Part shown: piece after piece, positions 54,191 through 64,000 of the stretch
How the letters are laid out: each line of letters starts with the position of its first letter
Numbering within the stretch: position 1 is the first letter of the stretch
Source of the DNA: the human T2T-CHM13v2.0 reference genome, Homo sapiens
Direction: 5' to 3' (one strand)
DNA length: 64,000 nucleotides
Assembly (NCBI RefSeq): GCF_009914755.1
Contig: NC_060939.1
Notes under the pieces: model-generated
Database searches by the model: none
What the model was told of the DNA's origin: nothing
What the model saw: the letters and a program-made list of their open reading frames with translations, nothing else
Program-made: the position numbers and the translations under genes

Positions 54191-55059
54191 GCCAAATGAC
54201 TTAGGAGTACAGTCTCAAGCCCACATTCTCTGGGCAGGATTTGTGGTATTGTTATCTGTGAAAGACATTAACAAAAATACAAAATCCTATAGGTAAGTGG
54301 AAGAGGTTGAATTCAAACAACCACCCTGGAATTTCTGAAGACAGGAACACAGGCTGACAGCGGCATAAGGCCTTTCAAGTTACAGTATCTTTGTGTCTTT
54401 TTATTTCTACTGAAAAGAAGATTTTCTACATTGCTCTCACCCTGATCCCAAAGGGACTATTTGGAAAAGACTGAGAACAGTGGTTGGAAAGAATTGTGCA
54501 TAGAATTGCGCCCTGATACCCACTATTAAACACATACTCCTTCCTCTACACTCTTGAAACAAGCAGCTTCCTGTTCTTGCCTCCCGTATTTCACCTCCTT
54601 AGTCTGCTAACCCATACTCTGAAAAATCATGGGAAAAAAAAGAGGGTGCTCAGGTCCATGGCATAAGTATAAGAACCTGTAGCCCCTTGATGTGAGCAAA
54701 GGGATGGTGTGAAATATTAATAGTTCCTACTACAAGTATGAAAACATTAACTTGGCAATATATAAATTATGTCTGAAAATATTTTAAAATATTTAACTTT
54801 GTGCAAGTATTCCAATGCAGTTTCTACACATAAATATTCAGCCAAAATAGCATTTTCATTAACAAGATTGATGGCTAATAGGAAAATGCTCATACCATAT
54901 AGTTAAATAACAAATTTAGGTTACATAAAAACACAGAGTTATGGGTTGGCTTTGTAAAAAAAAAAAAAATCTATGCATATTAAAGGACTGAAAATATATA
55001 CATAGAAATGGTTTTAAAAATTGTATTTAGGTTGTATGAACTTGATTTAAACTTTTTAA

Positions 55060-55460
55060 ATTTTTTTTTATTTTGAGATTACATTCCCAAAAAGTTATAA
55101 TAAATGATATGAAGAGGCCCCATGTACTCTAAACAATTCCTCCCAATGATAACATCTTGCAAAACTATAGTGCAATATCACAATCAGGATATTGACATTA
55201 ATACAATCGAGACACAGAACATTTTCATTACTATGAGGATCCCTTTCACTGCCCTTTCATGGCCATATCCATCTCTTCTTCCCTTCTCGCTCTGTCTCTC
55301 CTCCCTGCAAAGCACTAATTTGTTTTTCATTTCTATAATTTTGTCATTTCAATAATGTTGTATGAATGGACTTATGCAGTAAGTAACCCTTAAGGATTGG
55401 CTTTTTTTTTTCCCCAGTCAGCATAATTCCCTGGAGTTTCATCAAATTGTATGTATCAAT
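55060..55460 (-). mobile_element. L1MC/MD 3' UTR fragment
   Basis: AACATCTTGCAAAACTATAGTGCAATATCACAATCAGGATATTGACATT. Confidence 0.82.
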
Positions 55461-57764
55461 ACTTCAGGAATTCCAGTATTTTTTAATGTACTTTTTGTGT
55501 TTCCTGTTTTTTAAAAAACTGTATTTTAATAACATTTTATAAACATATGAAGTAACTAAGTCTTATATCCATATCAGAAAAAGATTGGCAATTATTAATA
55601 TACAGCCAGAGGTTTGTGAATACTTGCTAAGGAGAAAATTTTCTTTAATAAAATTTATAATACTCATATCACCACAGTAGCGATAGTGTGGGTTAGTGAC
55701 CATGATGTGAAACACTGAATGCTAAAACAATATCCATTAAAACATTACATTCTACACTGGAGAGATTCAACTTTATCATTTGTTATTTGAATGGCTCAGC
55801 TCACTGTAGGCCCTTCTTAGAATTCCAAAGGGTGTGTTTCAGGACAGAAAGCTTTATGCATCATTATTTCATACCCCTCTGCGTCTTCACATGTTTGAGT
55901 CTGTAAAATAATTCTGTTCTGAGATACTGAAGATGAACTCTTGAAGTTGAACAAAAGGATTCATTTGTCTCACTAGAAATTCATACTCGTTATAAAATAG
56001 AAATCCGGCTTCCCCTCAGTAATAGAGCAACCATGAATCATAGTGTCACGCTGGCTCAATCATAATCTAACACTTCATGCCTCAGACAACAACTTGATTT
56101 GTCAAGAGACTATCCCTGTGAGGGCTGCCAATAGTATTGATGCCCATTGAAGGGGATATAATTAAGCCCTTGGTGAGCTAATTTCATTTTCTTTTTTTTT
56201 TAACAACTTGGGGTGCATAAGTGCAGAATAGGAAATAGAGGGTGCTAAGAAATCTTTCTCTGCCAATATTCAGAGCAAGTGTTTCTCACCTTTTTTTTTT
56301 TTTAATCAATAAAGGATGTTTTGAGACATTCAAAACAGTCTTCTGTCAAATACTCAACAGGTACATGTTCCTACCCAGTAAACACCATCAGGTTTTCTCC
56401 ATGTATAACATTTTCTTCCAAATTAACTGCAGTAAAGCCCAGTGTTTCATGTTTTTTATCTGCTTCTATTATGGCTTGAGGACAGAGGAATTGATTTGGA
56501 TTCACTCTACTACTTGCTGTGAGCGGTTTGGAGTAAAGGTATTCGTCAATTTGGATAATTTCTTAGAAGCTTGTTATTTGCTTGGGAATACATCCTTTAC
56601 TCCACAGTTGAAAGTATAAGGAACTAAGTTAACTACTTACAATTATTATTTAAGTTAAAATAAGAATTTTATGCTGAGACTGGGAAGTAGCAGCTTAAAA
56701 GTTATCTTAATCATTCCCGTATTAGGATAAATTCTGAAGTTGCATGAGGCGAGCGTCCTATTAAGGCAACAAAAAAATCTCTATACCCAAAAAGTCCCTC
56801 CCCCTTTGACCTTTACTTGTCTTCCATGAGGAAACATAACTCCTTCCAAAATACAGAGAAATAAATGTATTCTGCACATGTTACATGCTTTGATCAAAAC
56901 CATTATATTCATTGGGGGATTTAGAGGGCAGGAAAGATCATTTTATAGGATTTCTGCCCCAAACTGATATCCAACTAGTTAAGCATATTTAGTTTTTCTC
57001 ACCTCTCCGAATTCCTGGGCCCGTTCTTGGTGATGATACACACAAACTGCACATCATGACAGATCCTGCATTCAGAGTAGGATGGACAGCTGCCCTCACT
57101 TAAAACGCTGGCTTGTGCGGTGGGCAAAATTAGATTGCTTAGCAACTTGGAGCAGAAGGACGATTGTTAAAATGTGTTTTAAATTTGCCATCTCATGGAC
57201 AGGGCCTATCCGGGTGGCTGCTTTGCCTCTGGAATACATCTCCAGGTTCCAGAGTCTCCAGCAATATAATGGCAGAGTCAGGGTTGATAAGTAGAGCTAA
57301 CCAAATCTCGGTTTCTTTATGAGAAACAACCACAAACAGGATAAATTTAGTCTACAGATTCTCGCTTTCCCTTTATGACTACTTTATTCTCTGTTCTCTC
57401 TGATTCCCCAAACACTCAGATTCCTGGAGCTTTCAAGCTATGGGTTTCTCTCATTCCAAGAAGAAATGTTATCTCATAATCCACTAACAGTTATATTCAT
57501 GTGTTTGATATGTTTTGTCCTAGTATTGTTAGAATATTCAAAAGGAACAAATGGGGAAAAATAAAATGAAAATGAACTGACACGTGATGCTAGATGTGGG
57601 AGGCTTCAGAGGCACTGGATCATTTCAAAACTTCCTGTCTGAGATTATATGGGCAGCTCTCTATTTCTCTCATGCATGAGGTCAGCTGAAATGTTCTAGC
57701 TTGCTTACACTGTTTTATGTAAAAGCTGTCAAGATTTGGGAAGACAGGACTCTAATTTAGAGAT

Positions 57765-58174
57765 TTCTATGGCTTGGATGTTTGGCTCTTCCAAACCTCA
57801 TGTTGAAGTTTGATCCCTAATTTTGAAGGTGGGGCCTAATGGCAGGTGTTTAGGCCATGGGGGCAAATTTCTCATGAATAGACAATACCCTCCCTTGGGA
57901 GTGAATGAGCTCTCACTCTACTAGTTCCCACAAGAGCTTCTTGTTAAAAAGAGCCTAAAACCTCCCCTGTCTCTATTGTTTCTTCTTTCACCATGTGACC
58001 TCTGCATACCTTGGCTTGTCTTTGCCTTTGACCATGAGTGGAAGCAGCCTGTGGCCCTCCCCAGATGCCCAATCTTCCAGCCAGCAGAATCATGAGCCAA
58101 ATAAACTCTTTTTATTAATTTCCCATCCCCAGGTATTCCTTTACTGCAATAACAACAACAAACTGACTAAGACA
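57765..58174 (+). mobile_element. MSTB-like MaLR solo LTR
   Basis: CCAAACCTCATGTTGAAGTTTGATCCC, CCATGAGTGGAAGCAGCCTG, GAGCCAAATAAAC, ACTAAGACA end; TSD GAGAT. Confidence 0.9.
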
Positions 58175-58237
58175 GAGATGAAATTAAGTTAGTAGCTTTT
58201 TACATCCTCATTCCAGAATGCTTCAATGAACTGCAGA

Positions 58238-58400
58238 TCCTTTCGGTTACAAGTAACAGAATATCAGACTAAGAGTGGTTTAAACAGATAGTGGTTTGTT
58301 TCTCTCACATAAGAAGGAAACCAGAGGCAGTCGCTGACATTGTTTAAGCAGCTTGAATCACATGACCTTTCACTGCTATTTTTTTATAACCTCAGCATTT
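58238..58400 (-). mobile_element. Old MLT1J/K/L-like fragment
   Basis: CTTTCGGTTACAAGTAACAGAA..CAGACT..AGTGGTTTAAACA...TCTCACATAA. Confidence 0.55.
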
Positions 58401-58780
58401 TTTGTATGTTTTGTCAAAGCCCAATCCCTGAGGCTTATATATTACCTCAAAAATTTGCCACATTTTTCTATTTGTGGATATTTCCCTGTATCAGTAAGAA
58501 ACTAATTAATAATTCTAAATTGTCTCCCTAAGGGAGGAACAAGGTAAATAGAAAGGAGAAACAGAGAAACAGTGGCTAATTGTGATGCATAAACTGAATG
58601 TGGACTGCCTTGCATAGCAGCTGAACTCCTGGGCCAGTGTTTATGGCCAAGAATGAGTTAATGGAGTCCAGAACCCCAATGCTTCAGTAGGTATATCCTC
58701 AACAGGGTACTTTTATTATCCTAGTCCAGTGGTCCCTTTTAGCCACTCTTATTCAGCCAAGTAAAGAATCACATATGTAT

Positions 58781-59071
58781 GGCCAGGCACAGTGACTCAC
58801 ACCTGTAATCCCAGCACTTTGGGAGGCTGAGGCGGGCAGATCATGAGGTCAGGAGATCGAGACCATCCTGGCTAACATGGTGAAACCCCGTCTCTACTAA
58901 AAATACAAAAACAAAATTAGCCAGGCGTGGTGACAGATGCCTGTAGTCCCAGCTACTTGGGAAGCTGAGGCGGGAGAGAACCCAGGAGGTGGAGCTTGCA
59001 GTAAGCTGAGATTGCGGCCCCGCACTCCACCCTGGGCAACAGAGCGAGACTCCAGCTTAAAAAAAAAAAAA
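58781..59071 (+). mobile_element. AluY-like element
   Basis: GGAGATCGAGACCATCCTGGCTAAC and GGAGCTTGCAG; small right-arm deletion; TSD AATCACAT(A)(T/A)GTAT. Confidence 0.94.
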
Positions 59072-59749
59072 TCACATAAGTATTGGCTCATCCCTTAGAC
59101 TTTCCTTGATCTTTCCTTGCAGTAACCAACATTTTATAAGATACCACACCTGAGAACTATTCCCAAGTGTGAAATTCTGAGCCTTCAAAATGAAAACACA
59201 TCTGCTATTCAGGAAATGTATCCAGATTGACCTTCTTGGAAGGTACCTGCTTTTTGGGCAATTCCTGCTATTGGCTTAGATGGGCACTTCTCCATTTTCT
59301 GCCTTTCTCAAGCTTGCCACACTTGGAATGTTTCACTTGTTTGTGATCCCAGTATGAGACGTCTCTTCCCTGCAAACTTACTCATTCCTCTCTGTACTAG
59401 GTTTCCATGGATTTTCAAACTGCATGTAATTCTTATGCTTTAAAAAGCATTTCCATGAAGCTCACCCCAGCTCTGCCACACTTCTTGATACTTTGAGTCT
59501 CCATGTCTTTAAACGATGGTTTTATCAAAGATGCCCCTCTTCTTCTCATCCAACTTTGTATGTACTCTTACATTCTCATTAATTTACTTTGTTCCATCTA
59601 ACCACTGACTTAATTTTGGTCCATTTCTTTCAAATTTGTACCTTCAACCAACATATTCTTCTGATTTGGAAAATGTTGTCTATAATTGCCTTCTCTATAT
59701 ATCAACCAAAAATTTATCGGCATCTTCTTTTTTAAATTTGCAAACTAGC

Positions 59750-60897
59750 TGATGGCAAATGATCACATAAAAATATGTTCATCACTATTAGCTAGTAGGT
59801 AAATGCAAATTACAACCAGAATGAGGTATCGCTACATACCCATCAGAATGGCTAAGGTAAAAAAAGAAAAAAAAAATACTGGTAAGAATGTAGAAAAACT
59901 GGATTACTCACAGAATGCTGGTGGGAATGTAAAATGGTACAACAATCCTGGCAAACAGTTACACATGTTAAAACATGTCACTATCATAAGACCCAGATTG
60001 GACTCTCAGGCATTTATTCCAGAAAAATGAAAAATTATGTTCAAACAAAACCTACACATGAATGTTCAAATAGCTTTATTCATAATAGCCCCAAACTAGA
60101 AACAACCCAGATGACCTTTAACAGGTGAATGGTTAAACAAACTGTGATACACACATACCATGTTGCTATAGTCTGAATAATTGTGTCCCTCCAAAATTCG
60201 TATGTTGAATTCATATGTCAAGTCCTCATGAATGAGATTAGTGCCCATATTTAAAAGGCCAGAGGGGGCTGTCACCTCTTTCACCATTTGAGGACACAGG
60301 AAAAGGTGACAAAGTGGGCACACACCAGACAATAAATCTGTTGGCACCTTGATTTTGGACTTCCCAGACTCCAAAACTGTAAGAAATTCATTTTTGTTGT
60401 CTATAAGCCACTCCGTTTATGGTATTGTGTTATAGCAGTTCCAACAGACTAAGACACATGTACTAATACTCAGCAATTAAAAAAAGAATAAGCTGTTAAT
60501 ATACACAAAAAGTTGGGCAAATCATCAGGAAATTATGCTAAATGAAAAATGACAATCTAAATGGATGCATACTGTATGACTCCATTTATATAACACTCTT
60601 GAAATGATAAAATTTTAGAAATGGAGAAAATACTGGTGGTTCCCAGGAGTTAAGATTTCTGTGGGTTGGGGAGAAAGAAGTGGGTGTGAGTTAATAAAAT
60701 GGACAGATGAGGGATCACTGTGGTGATGGAAATGTTCTGCATCTTGACTCTATTGATCCTGGTTTTGGTATTGTACTATACTTTTGTGAGACATAACCAC
60801 TAGGAAAAACTGGGTAAACGGTATAGGGTGTCTCTTCAAATTATTACTTACAACTGCATGCAAATCTATAATTATTTCAAAATAAAAAGTTTAATTA
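59750..60897 (+). mobile_element. L1MC/MD 3' end split by a MaLR LTR
   Basis: TGCTGGTGGGAATGTAAAATGGTAC, GGTGATGGAAATGTTCTGCATCTTGAC, ACAACTGCATGCAAATCTATAATTAT..CAAAATAAAAAGTT. Confidence 0.88.
60164..60456 (+). mobile_element. MLT1A0/MSTD-like LTR with internal deletion
   Basis: TGCTATAGTCTGAAT..GTCCCTCCAAAATTCGTATGTTGAA start; ACTAAGACA end; TSD CATGT. Confidence 0.87.
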
Positions 60898-61569
60898 AAT
60901 TAGAATCACATTTGTTTAGGATGGTATAAAATAAGTAAATTAGAAGATCAAAGTAAAAATAAACAAATAGAATTAGAAAATTGTCCATAAAATTACGTAG
61001 CATATTATAATTGTGTATTTTCTTCAACATCATTAAAATTTTTTACTATTTTTTAAAAGATAATGTTCTCTACTTTGATATAACTAAATTTGCATTACTT
61101 TTTCATATTTCCAGAATTAATTCTGTTTGCAATTTCTTTGGGAGAAACCACCTCTTGAACCATAACGCAAAAAACAAAAACAACGGTCTTAGAAAAATTT
61201 CTAAAAGTCATTTCAAATACTTCCAATATGTCCGATATTGTACAGATAGCATTTGATTAATATTTTAACCAACCTCTTACATCTCAGATAGTATGCTTTC
61301 AAAAATATTGGTTTCATTGAGTATAAAAAATAGTTATAATTTGGAAAGGAAGAAAGCCATTGATAGACTAGTAGAAAGAGCTAAGAATTAAGTAACAAGA
61401 AGTCAATGAAAGTGGGAAAGCAGAATAACTGGGAAAAATTACCATGAAGTGCATGGAAGAGACTGTATTGCATGTAACATAATTTTTTTGAAAAGTATCC
61501 TCCATTTAACTAACTCTCTCTTCATCTGTATTTACACTTTCCTTAAAACTACCCATTTGGTTTATTTTT

Positions 61570-61850
61570 AAATTATTTTAACCAAAAATATTACCGAATT
61601 ATATCATACATACAGAAAAGCATACAAATTATAAGTGAAAAGCCCAAAGTATTTTTACTAGATGAGTCAAGCCATGTAACCACCACAACCCATATGAAGA
61701 AATACAATGTTAAAAAAAAAAAAACCACATAAGCTTTTATCTCAGTCACAAACTATTCCTTCTCAAAAGAAACCAACATTCTAAGCTCTATAACCATAGA
61801 CTTATTGTTCCTGCTTTTGTACTTATATAAATAGAATTCTAAAGTATAGA
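61570..61850 (-). mobile_element. L1ME-like 3' end fragment
   Basis: CATACATACAGAAAAGCATACAAAT, CCATGTAACCACCAC, CTTATATAAATAGAAT. Confidence 0.7.
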
Positions 61851-62029
61851 CAAAAATAAAATACAATTATCTTTCACACAATCTATCTCCCTTCTTAAGT
61901 GTTTTCTATCTTGGCTTCCTAAATCAGAACCCCTAAATTTCTTTGTCCCTCTCCTCATTGCCTTATTTCATCAACTATCTAGCTCTGGAAGCAGTCAGCT
62001 AAACATTTTTTAAATTTTTTCTTGACACT

Positions 62030-62630
62030 TTGTTGCTGTTAGCACTAATTTAGGAGGTCATTAATTTTTTTTTAATCAATCAATGAGCACTCAAACTGTC
62101 TCCCTGCCCTCAGTATTACTCTCTCTGCTTTAATCTCTTCTCCCTGCTGCTTCCAATATGACCTTTCTAAAATACAAGCTGCTCAGCTACTCATTCACTT
62201 TAAAGCAATTCATATCTTGCTTCACCTTCAGGAAAAACAAATCCAATCATTTTAGCTTGTAAGCAAATCCCTTGATGACTCAGATCTAGAAGTTCCCATC
62301 TTCATTCTGCTTACAAATCCCAGCATGCACTGTACTCCAGCCATGTGGTATAACGTACAGTCTTCTAAATATAAATACTCTTTCACTCACTTTTAAGTCT
62401 TGGCATATGCTCTGTTTTCTTCCCAGGTTGCTTTTCTACCTCTTTGTCTGTCAAGTAAAGAGCTTATTCGACCATTAAAACTCAGTTATAGCGTCCTCAC
62501 AATCCCCTCTCTCACTCCCAGAGACAATAGCTGCATGTGATACTTGCTCCAGTATAATCCTTACATACTTCTACGTAACATTTCTAACATAATGTGCAAT
62601 TATTTATTGGCATGGCTCTCTGCTCCATAA
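62030..62630 (+). mobile_element. L2 fragment
   Basis: TGACCTTTCTAAAATACAAG, CACTGTACTCCAGCCA, GCATATGCTCTGTT, AAAACTCAG. Confidence 0.6.
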
Positions 62631-63074
62631 ACTGAGTCATCTTTTTATTATTTTCTACATTCTTCATGTATAGAATAGTATACATACATAGAATAGTTGT
62701 TATATTTGAATGAACAGTAATAAAATCATGAATAAAATAAACAACAAATAGAAGTGCAATAATATTCTGTAAAAGCATCAAGGAAGGAAGAGATATGTCT
62801 TCCACAAATAAGGCCTTTAAACTCAGTCTTAAAGAATGGGTTGAATTTAGGCAGGCTGAAAATGAGACAGAAATTGATCCCTCATTACTCACAAGCAGGA
62901 ACATTCTTTGGGAAACGTGCACCTGGGGAATTCCAAACATCACTTAGGAAGAGCACTTCTTCAGACTATTTCAGACAATAAAACCTCTTCTTTCTACCAA
63001 AGACACTCACTACCGGGTTCAAACTCAGGCCCTGGCTCCTGGATGTACTTTGACAATGGGAAATCATAAAACAA

Positions 63075-63262
63075 GCATTGGCTCACGCTTTGAACAGTCC
63101 TAGATTCAAATCCTCTGCTTGCAGTATTTGTTATTGATCAGTCCTAAGTCTCCTTTATATCCTTTGTATAAAAGGAATAACATGCTCATTTTTAAGTAGG
63201 TTAACGTGAGAGTCAAATGAAATAATGTTTACTAAAGTGCCTGACACAATATTTGGCAAATA
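63075..63262 (+). mobile_element. MIR SINE
   Basis: GCTTTG..CAG..CTAGATTCAAATCCT...GTGAGAGTCAAATGAAATAATGT...AAAGTGCCTGACACA. Confidence 0.7.
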
Positions 63263-63904
63263 GTGCCCTGGAAATTTTAATTCCCTTTTCTGTTTCCCCA
63301 ATACACACTTGTCGTATTTTCCTTTTTATACACTCACTATATATTGCAGGAGGTGGAACACTATGTGCATTAGCTGTGTAGTGTACTAGGTGGCAGAAAC
63401 CATAATACCATGTAGGGCTGAGCATAAACAGTAAATCCTGCCATGTGTGCTGTGTTCTACTGACCTCTGTGATTCTCTGGAGGCCCACTGTGGCCTGGAT
63501 TGCTGACACAGGCATGAAGAAACTATGCTGCTTTTTCAAAACAGCTAGCTCATGTCACCTGATTTTGCACAGATTCAGAGCACCACACACATTCCATCTG
63601 ATTTGTGCTTAGAAGAGATAAAGAGAAAGAAATGCCTAAAAACAAAACCCACATGCTAAATCAGCTAGTTTTGAAGCTCCACTCAAGGTTGCACATAAAT
63701 AAATCTGTTCTTGGTCTCTATTTCTGTCATTCAGCAACACTGTGTAAGCATTTAGTATAGACACATCTATATCTGATGCTGTGAGGGTGAGGGACCCATA
63801 GAAGCAATGAAATTTCTATCACTCAGCTGATCATTGCATCTCCTGCTGCTTGAAAAGTAAATTAGTTTATCCAGTACTTATTTTCCTCTGTATGATACCA
63901 CATG

Positions 63905-64000
63905 AATTCATTTATTTGACAAATACTATTTAAGCATCTACTATGTGCTAGGAACAGAGTTACATGCTAGAGATTCTGTGGGAGACAGCATAGAAAAGGC
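63905..64000 (-). mobile_element. L2 3' end
   Basis: ATTCATTTATTTGACAAATA..ATTTAAGCATCTACTATGTGCTAGG. Confidence 0.7.

Overview
AT-rich, CpG-poor primate (human-like) genomic DNA, intergenic or deep intronic. I found no protein-coding gene I can support: the ORF track consists of decayed L1, Alu, LTR and low-complexity frames or short chance ORFs. A large fraction of the window is interspersed repeat: 6 Alus, several old L1s, L2, MIR, MaLR/ERVL/ERV1 solo LTRs and hAT relics. Highlights: (1) a full-length U6 snRNA retrocopy fused directly to a ~4.2 kb L1MA-type element spanning the whole decayed ORF2 (14524-18845); (2) four co-oriented ERV1 LTRs from different families (LTR7/HERV-H, MER39-like, MER41A, MER50), each with its own TSD, packed into 3.6 kb of old L1 sequence (34018-37646); (3) inside that cluster, a ~66-nt patchwork insertion containing a 31/32-identical copy of apparently unique DNA 5.3 kb away, a templated-repair scar; (4) a second, much older local copy of an MLT1 segment inserted in an L1 3' UTR. 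Repeat subfamily names come from my recollection of consensus sequences and need RepeatMasker/Dfam confirmation. Boundaries of old repeats are approximate.
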